Assembly: GCA_039096225.1 (NCBI GenBank) | Contig: JBBPEB010000015.1 | Coordinates: 868,001-932,000 of the forward strand | DNA from: Blastocystis sp. Blastoise | Lineage: Eukaryota > Protista > Bigyra: Opalinata | DNA: 64,000 bases | Direction: 5' to 3' | Part shown: in pieces, positions 30,743 to 54,286 of the stretch | Layout of the letters: each line of letters begins with the position of its first letter | Numbering within the stretch: the stretch's first letter is position 1 | Program-made: the position numbers and the translations under genes | The notes under the pieces: model-generated | Told to the model about the DNA's origin: nothing | The model's input: the letters and a program-made list of their open reading frames with translations, nothing else | Database searches by the model: none

Positions 30743-31056
30743 CTAAATCACTCTTATTGACCAAGAAGACACAAAAAAAGATCTAGTTGTGTTTCATAAA
30801 TTTCCAAGGAATTCTCTATTGTTTAGCCTAAAAAAACATTAAGAATCATGGAGTAAACTATTTTCAAAAAATTTCTATTGAAAAAGTATTTCCACGGTTA
30901 TCAAGAGAATTGTTGCCGATTTTAAATATTTTTCGTGATATGTGCTTCATAAGATTCTTTTAAGAAAATATCTATTTCTATTCTTTACATTAAGTATAGT
31001 CATTTATTCTTATCAATATAACTGTTGAACTGCTATATAGATTCTAAGAAATATAA

Positions 31057-36538
<5,482 letters not shown>

Positions 36539-36870
36539 CAATATCATCATTTTTATTCTTTATATTCATATTTATGTATCTACTAGAATATACTATTAAA
36601 AGTATTGTATTTTATTCTTTTTTTTAATTCTATTGTTTGGATTATTGCATTTCATTTATATTTATTTACTTTTTTTTTTACTATGTTTTTTGCCTTGATT
36701 TTCTATGATCCTTGTATTCTTCATTATTCATTTATTCACTGTTTTCCTATTTTAATTTTATTAAAAAGAAATTGAAAAACATAACAAATAGATAGAATAC
36801 ATAATGAAAATAATAATAGCACGTAAAATTAGAAGAAATAAAAAAAGTGAATCATTTTTATATAAAAAGT

Positions 36871-37505
36871 TTATTCTTCATCATTCTGTGCATAACTAGG
36901 TAATTGACGAAGATGATGAATAACATCTACCCAATTCCAACCACGTTGACGAGTACGTTCTTTTTCCTTTTCTTTAGCATACATTTTACGTTCTTTTTCT
37001 AATTGTTTACTTGATTTAGTTACCTAAATATAATTAATAATAGTATCCAATCATTATTTTACATAAAATAAAGTGCTAATCATCATATAAATAAAATAAA
37101 AATAATTACTTCTGATTCTTCATTAGCTTCTTGTTGAACTTCAACAACCTCTTCCTTAATGGATGATATATTATGTAATTCTTCCTTTATTGCATCAACT
37201 AACGTGTATGTCATAGCACATCCTAAATTAGAAGTGATAGTCTCTTGAATATCTGAAAGAATCTTTGAAATTTGAGCATCATTCAAATCGATAGACTTTA
37301 TAGATATTTCAGGAGCCTCAGCAGGATAATTTTCTGGCCAATCAAATTGAATAGCTGCAGCAACAATCTTTTTCGTTTCATCATTTTCTACTTGTTGTTT
37401 TATTGTGATAGACACAGGATCCGTAGAATTTTTAATTAACTCTTCTTCAGGAAATATATATCCCAAAGCCTCTAGCTCTTCACTTTGATCATCTGAAATA
37501 GCCAT
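36871..37505 (-). CDS. RWDD4: RWD-domain protein, RWDD4-like (1 intron)
   Basis: QSEELEALGYIF, WPENYPAEAP, LGCAMTYTLV and C-terminal RGWNWVDVIHHL. Confidence 0.85.
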
Positions 37506-37645
37506 AATTATATATACAAGTAATTCTTTGAAAAAAATAAATAAAAGAAATGATAAATTATTCCCAAGATAAAAATGAATAATTAAAAAGCAAAATGAAT
37601 AAAAATCATGTTTGTGTGGCAGTATCTTTATTATCTTTTTTTGAG

Positions 37646-39354
37646 ATGGAATTATCTGATTATTTGAAGAGATTTAATGATTTAAAGTATGCATTTGCCT
37701 ATGGATCTGGGGTATTCAGGCAGACTGGATACACTGATGAAGAAGCAAAAAAAGCAATGATTGACTTTATTATTGCTGTAGACAATACATCTAAGTGGCA
37801 CTCAATTAACAAACATCTTAATAATCAAGATTATTCTATTATAAAACGTCTTCCTAATAAAACAATTGGAAAACTCAATGTATATTTATATATATTACTA
37901 TTTATTTAGTTATATAGAATTCGGGAGGTGGTGTCTACTTTAATACGACCGTATATACTATAGATAATCATTATTTACTTGTTTTTACATACTATTTAGT
38001 TGGTTCAACTTGAAGGTCAACGTGTTCCACGAAAAATGAAATATGGAGTTCTCTCTATGGATTCATTAATTTCTGATTTAGAAAATTGGGATAATTTATA
38101 TATAGCAGGTCGACTTCATAAACCAGTATAGAATATATTATTATTGTTTTTCTTTAATAACAGTATTAATATATATTTTTTTTATAATTATGTTTTTATT
38201 TAATAATAATAGTATTAATATATATATTTATTTATAATTATGTTTTTATTTAATAATAATAGTATTAATATTATATTTTTTTTAATTTTATTTTTATTTA
38301 ATAATAATAGTATTAATATATATATTTATTTATAATTATGTTTTCATTTAATAATAATAGTATTAATATATATATATATATTTATAATTTTATTTTTCTT
38401 TAATAATAATAATATTAATCTATATATAGGTAAATGTAATCCTATCTAATGATATAATTCGTCCTTCGTTTGAAAAGAATTTAAAGCATGCTGTTCATGT
38501 AGCCTTGTGTATTCTTCCTACTACATTTACTGAAAGACAATTATATATGGTATATTCTTGATTTATAGCTATTTCTAACTCTTTATGTTATTTTTTTTTC
38601 ATTTTATTTTAGTATATGAATATATTTATTGATTTTGTATATTTATTGTTTCTATAATTAATATGTTTATTTTTTATATAATAATATTATTAATATATCT
38701 CTTTATATATTATTATATATCCAATTTTTTATACTAATATATAGGCTATTTGCAGTCTTAGTTATATGGGTGATATTCGAATGGGATTTGCAGAGAATCC
38801 TCATAAAATTGAGAATATAGTGAATGGATCTTATTCTCTATTTCATGAATTATATGAACCTATTATAAAGAACTGTCCATATATATCAAAACAAGGAGAT
38901 TTATTTAAGCAAGTATATATATATAATTAATTACAATCATTTTAATACATTATCATACCTATATATAATAATTATAATTATAATAATAATTATTATTATT
39001 ATAATTCTCTAGGATATCAGTTTATCTACTCAGAGTTCTCTTCTGTCTTCTCTTCCTTCTTCTCTCCAACCTTCTATTCAACATATATTTCATCTTCCTA
39101 TCGTTAAAACACATCATTCTTTAGAATATGATGCTTATTATGGATATATTCATCAAATGAATACTTATCCAATTATGAATTGTAATAAAGAAAGTTATTA
39201 TCATGAATTAAGTGCAATAGCTATTCAAAAAGGCGTATCTAATATTGTCAGGAGAAGTAGTGTAACACAAGCTGTCAAAGGAACATTCTCTTTAGGAATA
39301 TCGAAAAGTGTTGTATATGTTACTCAAAAAATGTTAAAAGCATTAAAGAAATAA
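37646..39354 (+). CDS. TAM41: Mitochondrial phosphatidate cytidylyltransferase Tam41
   Basis: [40 protein letters not shown] and [21 protein letters not shown]. An alternative ATG lies at 37595. Confidence 0.95.
38152..38420 (+). repeat. Intronic minisatellite, about 50-nt unit, about 5 copies (Tam41)
   Basis: Recurrent tttaataataatagtattaatatatatatt...tttataattatgtttt units. Confidence 0.8.
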
Positions 39355-39656
39355 TATTTTTTATATATAATTATTTAGTATTATAACTATATAACATGGT
39401 GTTGTTGTCAATATGTAAATAATAACTTGTTATATATTATTTTATTAATACCATAAACTACATGTATTGTTTTATTATAAATTAAATATAAATGATATAT
39501 ATTAACCAAAACCAAAATAAAAAGTAAGATAAACAAAATGAAACTAGATGCTAAATCAAAAGAAAAGTCATATAATTATGAAGAATGTAATAAAAATGAT
39601 ATATATGTATAGAATACAATGTAGAGATGACCTGAATATAAATAATAGTTCGTATA

Positions 39657-40560
39657 TTACTCATCAGGTTCTACTACTGTAATTGACTCCTATATAAAGC
39701 AGAATAGAGCATAAAAAATGTTATAAAGTATATATAAGAGATAATAATAATTATAAATTGTATGAAATGAGAAATAAGGATAATCTATTGAATAAAAAGA
39801 GAATAATAATAATATATATAATTGAATGAATAAATAAATTATAAATAATAATAATAATTATTATTATTATATATATATACAGGATAATATTCTTCTAGGA
39901 ATATGACTGTAGTTGTGAGAATAAATGCAACGATATTATAAGGGTTGAAAATAGAGGTCAGAGACTGGAATATAGGTAATAAACATAAGAATAGAATATT
40001 GAATAGTATTGATAAATGAATAATCACATAATAATCAATATTATTTAATAGTATATAAATATAAAAATAATAGTTATAATAATAATAATGAATATAATTA
40101 TATTTACATATTTGGTGATATTAGCTAATTCCCAAAGGACCAAAAGAATATAAGAAACAATAAACCCAGAAGAACAACATATAGGTCTATAAATATCATT
40201 GTTTATATAGTTTACAATAATAACATATATATATGAAAAAACTATAAAAAAATTATATTATAATGTGAAATACGTTTAGAATAGTATATATAATATATAT
40301 ATGAAATAGAAAAAAATAAAAATATTATTTGATAATAAAAATATATTTTAATAAGAATATATATAATATAATATATATATACACAACATATTTAAATTTA
40401 GTTGCAGTTAATTGCCTATATACAAAGTCGAATCCAAGAGTAGAAAGAATATATAATAGAAAGTATAGCCATGTCTATATATATATATATATATTGAATA
40501 AGAATAAATAGAACGAATTATCCTTATTAAACAAAAAGTAATTGAATAGTAATATAATAA

Positions 40561-40635
<75 letters not shown>

Positions 40636-42116
40636 CAAAAATAAAGAAGAAACATACAAAGCCACTTCCAATTAATTTGAATCCCTGAATAATGGCTTTA
40701 CAAAATGTTGGTGCGTCATAGAGTGTCACGTGCTCAGGATTCTTCATAGAATACAGTAAGAACATAATTAGTATACATAATAATAATTGTATTACTGAAT
40801 AATTTCGTGTATATTCACATTGCATTGCAGGCTACATATAAAATAATATATAAATAATATTAAAAACTAATTATATATAGAATCATGAATAAAAAGAATT
40901 AGAGTATATATATACATATGTTTATATATATATACATATTTGAGTAATGTTTGCATAGAGATAAATGAAGCCATTGCTCCTGAGAGAAGGAAGAGAATAT
41001 AAAAATAAATAGCAATTCGCTGACCGTAGAGAGAACAGAAAGAAGGCCAGTTGTAGGAGAAACTATATATATATATATATAACTCATATGCAAATAAATA
41101 TACCTAAATTATAGTCTGTAGTTCATATGTAATAAATAATATATAATTTTAGACCGATAATAAACATTATTAATATAGAAAGTTCAAACATAAAATGAAT
41201 CAATATTAAATTTATATGTATATATTAATATCTAATAAACATAATAAATAAATATATATATATATACGCAACACAGAAAATGATAGCTATATATATAAGG
41301 AATTTAAATGCCAATGTTTTATAACCAGTAATTTTTTTTGTAGTTAAAAATAATAGATCAATGAGGAACGTAGAGAGCTATATAAGATAAATAGAATGAT
41401 ATATTATTTGTTATAAAGAGAGAAAGAAAGAAAGAAAGAAATAATAATTAAATAAAAAAATATAAATAAATAAAAACATATAAATAAATAAGTATATATA
41501 TATTCATAATGATCTTTATAATAATATGAATATACTTGCATAGTAAATAGAAAATGTTCTGGGAAGAGAAGAGGTGTTAATACAAGTGTACCCACATAAA
41601 AAACAGTTTGAAAAAGAGAAATAAAAAAGAGATTTGTTTTTGGAATATTATACTCTAAATAATCTTTTCTACGTCTTTTCTATAAGGAAAACAATAGAAT
41701 ATATACATATTTTTTTAATTTTATAAATTTCATAAATATATATACAGGATTCTTCATATAAGATGTGACAATAGAATACACAACTGTATTAATGACATAT
41801 AAAACAGGTGCCACAATAATAGAAGTTCTAAAATAATTATATACACATTAGTGGTGATATAAATATATAGTTACTCTTCTGTAAGACTATCCATAAGACA
41901 CTTGAATGATACTTTTTCACACCATGAGCAAAGAAATAGTAAAATTCCATAACCATATATCTATGTATCTAGTTTTTGAAATCATAGAAATATACAAATG
42001 TATTTTTTTCAGTACTGGAGTAATGCTTTATGATACACTATATTAATTATCAAATAGTACTTATTAAAACTGATATTCTATTAGTGACTTACGTCCTGAT
42101 CATTTATATAATTCAT
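39657..42116 (-). CDS. Multi-pass membrane protein, probably CRT-like / DMT superfamily (spliced)
   Basis: A chain of GT-AG exons gives a continuous hydrophobic frame, from MNYINDQD...EKVSFKCLMDSL...IPKTNLFFISLF to ESITVVEPDE*. The family call rests on weak motif resemblance. Confidence 0.55.
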
Positions 42117-42299
42117 TATATAAAATAAAATAAGAAAACAAATAATAAATATCTATCAAAAAGCAAGGAACATTAATCATGGTTTTAAACTTTGTGATCC
42201 AGCAAAACTCCATATTTTTAATGGAAAAACCTTTCAATTTTCTGAAACTATTTTCTTCTTTTTCTCATTTCTAAAGAGCTTTCAAATAGAAATCTTAAG

Positions 42300-46004
<3,705 letters not shown>

Positions 46005-46251
46005 TCATGATCAATATATACTTTTACGTTTTATATAAAGTTTTATTTATTATTACTGTTCTAAAAAATTAATTTTTTAAAAGTATTTTGGTGTTTATTC
46101 ACACTTTAGTTTTCAATTCTCATTTATAATTGATATTCACAGCTATTTATGATGTAAATATCAAATAAAAAAGTGTTTTCTCAGTTGAATATCTAAAATA
46201 AATATTTTTTCTTGAATCAAATATTTATATTAAAACTTATATATTTCATAT

Positions 46252-47743
46252 ATGTTTGATTGTACTCACTTCCTTCAATCATTGAAGCCACTTCTAGCTA
46301 AAAGAGGCTTCACAATTTGTGAACCATTTATTAGTAATACCTTTTACTATTTTAAATCTATTTCTTTAATTAGTACAAGATTATAATAAGTTGATGCAGC
46401 AACAATACTACCTTCCAACGTATGAAACGAATCAATGTTTTGGAATTGCAATAGGTAGATTATGAGAATAATAATTATTTTATTGTTTGTATATTCTACC
46501 ATTGCTGTTAGGAAATAATAAGGACCTATGGAAAGAATTCATAAAATACATTGATTTACATTCGACATTAATTAAAGAATCAGATCCACTAGATGTGTAT
46601 ATATTATTCAAAATGATATTTCTAATTTTTCTAGATATACCAAAGAGATGATTGAACAAAGCATGAATGAAGTTTCAAAAACGGTATCAAATTGTCAATA
46701 TACTATTCGATATAGTTATGACACAAATATAGAAAAAGTTGTTTCGATGACAAAAATTGCATATGTATATATTATTATGTTTATTATTCTTATTACCAAT
46801 TTGTTAGTATTATCAATATTATTATTATTAACTTAACCCTAATAGATTAGCGGTATTTCTGCGATAAGTCCAAAATCTTATTTATGTATTCATCCTCTTT
46901 ATGGTCCATGGATAGCTATGCGTATATTGTTTATATATTGAGTTTATAATACTATATATATAGTATAAATCAAGATAATGTAATTATTTTTATTATATTA
47001 TATTATATATAGAATATAAATCTAGATAATATATATTATTTTAATATAATATATATACTATAAATCAACATATATATACTATTTTATATTGTTTTTAAAA
47101 TAGTATATCGATAATGTAAACCAATATAATATACATATAACATATAGGAGCTGTTATCATCATAAACCAAGAATCAACATTTCCTCCTCCAACAATATTA
47201 AATAGTTCATTTGAAGATCCAAGTATACTATGTATCATTATTATTATTATTATTAATTTAATATTTATTTATAATATAGGAATAGAAGATGAATGTGGAA
47301 AAGAAGTTGAAAATATATGTAAAACTGTTCTTAATGAATCTAATACAAAATATATGGTATATATATATACTTTAAGTATAGTATTATCTCTGCTATTAAA
47401 ACATTATAATTTATTTTTTATATATTTTCAGCCAAGACAAGTCTGGTTGAAATGGCTTAATATGCGTTTAAAATATCAATATGGCCAAGAATGGATGTAT
47501 TCACCTTATCAAGTATATATATAATAAAATATATATCCCATAAGAATAATAAGTATTCGAATTACATATGTATTCTCTATTCATTTTCTTAAGGCTATTT
47601 ATCACTACAGTAAACGAAAGATATATATAAAAAAAGAATTAGAATATTATCGTTCTACTGGAACTATATATGAAAATAAAGAATGGTTTAAGAATATAAA
47701 TCATTATTTGGAGACAACTGAAATAGAAATCAACGAAGATTAG
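46252..47743 (+). CDS. MMACHC: Cobalamin-processing protein, MMACHC/CblC-like (8 introns)
   Basis: Spliced translation GIAIGNNKDLW..F, SDPLD, IAYISG, LCIHPLYGPWIAMRAVI and MYSPYQAIYHY resembles CblC (IHPxFGGWFAIRG, RYSEEQ). Confidence 0.75.
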
Positions 47744-48390
47744 AATGTGATATAATGATTAATTCTCTATTTATTCTATTGAAAAGAAATTTCTACATAC
47801 ATATATATCTAGAATTAGTTCTCTAAGAAATATTATTCTATTATTATTTCTCTAACTATTATATAAATATTCAAAAAATTAGTTTGTTATTCAAATAAAT
47901 GTTATGAAAACAATGTTAATCAGCAGTTACTCCAAACCCATTACACTGGTGGGCAGCTTTTTCCCTTTTATACCAGGTTCCCCATAAATTTATACCAAAA
48001 TTACGAAAAAATCGGTCTTTAATTTTTTTTATACCGACGAAAGTAATTTATACCACAAAAACAAAAATGAACTTGGTATAATGTTGTGTAGACACTCATA
48101 TAAATTCGTTGTTTTATATTTATATATTTATATCTAAGAAATTGATAGTAAGATGTTTTATTTGTATATTAACTGATAATTTAAGACTTTCTATAACATA
48201 TTCAAGAAATTATCCACAATATCTAGGACAATCATTTTTAATTTTGTTCGACAATTTGCTTATTTGAATTATTCACGTATACTAACGAATTCACAGACTC
48301 GAAAGAACATAGAATTGAATATGAGTTATGATAAAGTTGCCATTCTTATGAATGTCAGAAAATTGTCACTGGTGGACCATTTTCTTGTCC

Positions 48391-48408
48391 AGGGTTAGGG
48401 TTAGGGTT
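48391..48408 (+). repeat. Interstitial telomere-type repeat (AGGGTT)x3
   Basis: The sequence agggttagggttagggtt lies directly after a TIR-like CACTGGTGG at 48367. Confidence 0.75.
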
Positions 48409-48527
48409 TGAGTTCAGTTTAAAACAAAAAAAGAAAAAAATCGGTCGAAAAAAAGTCTTTAACTAACAAAAAAAAAATTGTATAAAAAAAATTTATTTCT
48501 TTAAAAAATAAAAAAATTATTTTTAAG

Positions 48528-51401
48528 CTTATCCAGCTTTGTTGATTGCTTTTCATTTATTTTCAAGCATCAACTATCTCAGAAAGTCTGTGAACCTTTA
48601 TACTAGTAAATATTTTATAATTATTTTATATACAAATACTTAATCAGTAATTATGTTATCGTTTATTTATTTTTAGAACTTATAGGTGTCACCAACAGTT
48701 TCAAGCCTTCACTTTAGTCACACAGGTCTCTTCAAAAGTATATAAATATAAAATATAATAATTTTGTCTAATTTCTATTTTATTTATTTAGGTTTTAATT
48801 GAATGAGATCATTCAATTTGGTTGAATGGTAGTAATGGATGGTTTCAAATCAAAAAATTTCAAAACAAATCAAAAAGGAGAGAATGGGAGACATTCATTT
48901 CCGTATATATTTATTATTATTTATTTTTTTATTTATTTTTACTTTATTCACTATCTATATTACTCTATGGTTATTATTGAGTCTTGAAAGAGTTGCTTAA
49001 TTGAAAATAAATTCTTTCTTTTTAATTTTTAGGTATATATAATTTTTTTTATTATTATTAGTTTTGTATTTTTATAATATTCTATTTTCTTATTTTAGAT
49101 GTAAATTGAATTATAATATATTGGAGAATATTGTTTTATATATTTATTTTATTTTAGATTTATTTATTCACTTTTTTATATAGAATATTAATGTATTAAA
49201 ATTTATATTTTTTATTACTCTATATATTTATAAATTATTTATTATCATTATTATTATATATATATTTTTTATATATTCATTCTATTTATTATTTATATAG
49301 TATCATTTGATTAATTGAACAATTATATCAAAGTTCATTATAGAAAATTATTGTATATATATATATATTATTAAGAATATTTCTCAATTTTTTCAATATA
49401 TTTTTAAATTATTAAAATGATTTTGTATTATATATATAGGCATCTAATACTATTTGAATACTGAGAATTAATCAGCATAAAGATAGAACATAGGTTATTA
49501 CTACTTGCTTTCATTATAATATGGTATATATATATTATATATTGTAGTATTTATTATATATCTATGTCTATAGCAGAATGAAATATTTAGAATTAAAGAA
49601 AACAGTTATTATTATGTTGATTATGACGAATCTTAAATGATTTATATATATAATTATGTATATATATATTATTATATATATTATTATATATAATGTTTTC
49701 TATATACATATATTATTATTATATTGTTTATTATATATATATATATATATATAGTTTTTCAGTATAATAGAAACTAGACAATTCAATAAATTCTTATAGG
49801 GAAAAATATAGAAAAGTTTATTCCTTTTAATAAAAGGATTTGGAAAATTAGTATATTAATAATTTTGTTTATATGGATTAATCTCGATTATATATTTATA
49901 TATATATCTTTATTTATATGTATTTTAATGTTATTATTGTAAAAAAATATTTATATATATATTATTATATTATTTTATATAATTATATTATTATTATCTT
50001 TATCATTACTATTTTTATTTCATAGATATATATGAATATAGATATAGATAGACTTCTCTCGATTGTAATAAGAATGGGTTAGTGTCAAGAGAGTCTCACT
50101 ATTTATTGCGAGTTCAGTTTATTTGGAATTATATCAAGTTAAACATATTATTATAAAATTTAGTATCATGAAAAGAAAGTGGTAGAGAAGTTACTATGAA
50201 CACTCAAAAATGCCTTTTTCTTTTAGTTAATCTGTTTTATATGGTTTAACATACTATTATTTATATTATAAAATATATATTACTATTATTATTCTTTATA
50301 TATATCATTATATATTACTATATATTATAAATTCATTTTAGCTTTCTCTATCTATAGTTATATATGTATTAAATCAACAAGGAGATATTATATATATGTT
50401 TTGAATATTGTGCTTGTTATGATGTGAATAAAATATAAAATAAGAATTCGAGATTATTCATATAAGTATATATATTAAAATTACTATATATTTATTAATT
50501 TATATTATAATATATATATAATTAAATATATTTATGATTCTTCTTTTGTAGAGAAACACAGTTTACATAAAGTATATATTATGTATATACAATAATTGTA
50601 TATATATATATATATAATTATTTAGCTACTATTCTATATGTATTTGTCTATATTTATTTTTATATAAACATATATAGTGTAAGAATACATTATTCTTTCT
50701 TGAGTACTCAATGAAATTTATGTTGTTTGTTTCTGGTACTACTATCTCTCCTATAGTATATAATGTTTTTATTATTATATCATTTTTTATATTTATATGT
50801 ATATATTATTATACATAAAACTATATATATATATACATATATGTTATTATATACGTTTAACAAACAATTTAGAATACTATATCTATTATATCTATTTATA
50901 AATAGATCATTTTTCCCGTGATTCTTCTTATACTTTTACCTTTAGAATTAATATACTTAAGTAGAAAATAAATGCCTTAAAATGAGATTAATTACTCTTA
51001 ATTATTGTATTCTTCAACTAATTAATATATACATATATAATAAAAATAATAGACAGAAATGAAGAATAATGAAATGAGAGAGTTTTATTTATATAGAGAA
51101 ATGTATTGAATGTTTCAGTATATATATATTCATTTATTTATATTTATTTATATCTATTTAAATATATTTATACTTATTTATATCTATATATATCTATTTA
51201 TATTTATTTATATCTATTTATATCTATTTATATTTATTTATATCTATTTATATTTATTTATATCTATTTAAATATATTTATATAGATTAAATAGATATAT
51301 AATTATTGTAATTCTTTTCTCTACTACTATTACTCTTTCTCTTAATCAGTATTCTGTTTTAAAAAGATAATATATACAATGGAGAATGAACAATATATAC
51401 G
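48528..51401 (+). pseudogene. Decayed intron-containing gene inside the transposon
   Basis: Alternating exon-like blocks and GTAT...TAG introns with host-type splice sites. The exon frames carry stops (for example VLIE*DHSIWLNGSNGWFQ). Boundaries are approximate. Confidence 0.55.
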
Positions 51402-51566
51402 TATATGTACATATAGGTTATATACATGGATTATATATATATATAGGTTATATAATAAATGTTTTATATATATATAAATCTATCCTAAATTAAAATAATC
51501 AACTAGTATTTATTAACTCATTCTTATTATAAGTAATTATATTATATTGTTGTTTTTATATTTACT

Positions 51567-51684
<118 letters not shown>

Positions 51685-53160
51685 TTATTATTATAATATT
51701 AATAAATTATTTTATTTATTCTCTTTGTATAATATATAATAGTTAATAATCTTTTAGTTTTTATAATCTTTTTTAAATGAAAATAATTAAAAATAAAGCT
51801 TATATATATATTTATAATATTTTTAGAAAATATTTTTATTTATTGAAAATAGCCTTAAAACCATTCAATTAAGCTTTTTAAAAGCTAATTTTGCACTTAT
51901 TCATCTCTACAAGTGTATTGCTATTATAAAAAAACATAAATATAATAAAATATTTTATCTCAGTATTTGTTAATCAGTTTGATAAAAGTTCATTATTTGT
52001 ATATATTTTGACTCAAAACGACTCACTGACAATCAATCAACACTACAACGTCAATAAAGCTCATAAGTAAAACAAATATGAAAGTAATTGCCTTCAAGAA
52101 TGGAAGTTTTTTACATCAGTAACCTTAAAACCATTGTCAGAGTACAATTTATATATTTATAAAGAACCATATCACATAAGCATCAATATATACATTTTTC
52201 TTAACTTCAAAGTGAAGTTTTACTAAAAATATTACAGAGTCGAAATAACCCCTGGATTTTAGTACTTTTCTTATATATAAAAAAATTTCATACAAATTCA
52301 TATTCAGGGCCATGCTTATTCTTTTTTCAAGAAAACACTTACAAAAATCTTTATATTTATTAATATTTATAAAGTTGGTTGTTTTCTTTAAAATGGTATT
52401 TTTTTCATTCCCTATATATCTATTATTCTATAGCTTGTATATATAACTCAAATTATTCAAAAATAAGCACAGATTCTCTTCGTGATTCTAAATATAGCTT
52501 CTTCTATAACGATCAGCTGATCAGAAATAACTTGATTTCAAAGGTAACCTCTCTTGTTGTTCTGCTTCAAGGAAATGCGATTCTCCATGAGCTCTTAAAC
52601 TGTATGTATTTATTTATCCTTTTATTTATTACATTTCTATAATTATATTTTTATAGGTTCCTTATATGAGTAGAAAACAAAGTCCCTCGGTCAAAATTAA
52701 ATAATATTTTTTATATTTTACTTTATTTAATTGTTTATTCTTTTATTTTTTTGTATTTTGTTATTTTTATTGTTTTTTATGCTTAAACAACTAAAAAAGT
52801 ATTAAAGAAATGACAAAGAAATAATGTGTTTAAAACAGTCTAAAATAGCCCTAATGAAAGTCTAAAATGTAAAATAGATGTTGTTATGGACATTTTTATC
52901 TAATATATATCAACAGTAAATACAACCACTGTCATTATGGAATACCAAAAATAAACATTAAAAATAAGTCGTAGTCATAAAAAGATACATCCCCCGTAAC
53001 TATAGGAATACAAAACCCACCATAAGTTTATACCAGGAAAAGTCCTGTATATACCAGAAAATCACTTTTTTTATACCAAAAAACAGCTAGGGTGCATACC
53101 AGAATTTTCACGATTTTAAAAAGCTGCCCACCAGTGTTACTTGATATTAATGTATATATA

Positions 53161-53242
53161 TATAAACATATATATTATAAAATATATATATATAAACATA
53201 TATATTATAAAATATATATATATAAACATATATATTATAAAA
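53161..53242 (+). repeat. 30-nt tandem repeat, about 3 copies, next to the transposon right end
   Basis: The unit tataaacatatatattataaaatatatata is repeated. Confidence 0.8.
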
Positions 53243-54286
53243 ACAGTACATTCTTATGAAACAAAAAGTGTAATACTAAACAATAGCATGATGAATACAT
53301 TATTTCTTTTTATATAAAGAGTCAATAATCCGATAAAAAAGATAGAATAAACAAGACAAAAATACATATAAATTCTAGATTATGAAGGAATATAGTTATT
53401 GACAACGATATAAATAGAATATAAAAATATAATGCAAAACAATAAAAGATAAATATAAGCCTTATAAAAGATAAAGAAACGTAACATAAAAAGAAAGTAT
53501 ATAGAACAAGAGTACAGTATAATAATAGTTAGAGTACAGCAGAAAAAAAAGAAATATACACATAAAAAAAGTGATGATGACTTTTAAAAAGGTTTCAGGA
53601 ATGTTTTTTGTATAAAAAACGATCAAGGAAACCAATAGAAACGATTCGAGTATAATAAGAGAATAGAAATAAGTTATATATGTTTAGCAAATGAAAATAC
53701 GTGAGTAAAAAGAAAAAATAAACAAGTAACAAGAAAAAATGATCAAAATACATATATAGCATGATAAATAGATATATAACAATATTATAAAGAGAATCAA
53801 AATATATATATATAATAATGGAGAATTCTCATAAGAAGAATTAGAGAATGTATATAGAATGAAAAAGGATATATTATTGTAAGGCTTAGAATCAGAATAA
53901 TTAAAATACAAAAAAGAGAAGTAAAAGATACAGGAGAAAAATAAAAACAATAATAAATTGAGATATGACATGAATTATAAGTAGAAAATGTGAAGAATAT
54001 AGAATCAAATTGAATAAATGATATTGAATGACTATACTATTTATTACCCCTAATATAGCTAATAATATAATATAAAGATAAGGATATACATTGACTAAAT
54101 ATCTAATTTCTAGGAGACATAATAAATAATATATAGAGATGTATATCAAGAAAAAGCTGAGAAATATACAATACGAAAAAAAGTAATTATAAACAAAATT
54201 TTATATTTAAAAAAAAAGTATACAATGTTATAACTATTTTATAACGTATATCATAACTAGTATATATAAATAAAGATGAGAAATGA

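Noticed and set aside
38152-38420. CRISPR-like or other spaced array
   Set aside because: AT-only minisatellite inside an intron, with no unique spacers, in a eukaryotic context.
53684-54149. Hydrophobic ORFs downstream of the Arf gene
   Set aside because: Composition is that of T-rich 3' flanking DNA, with no motifs or exon structure.
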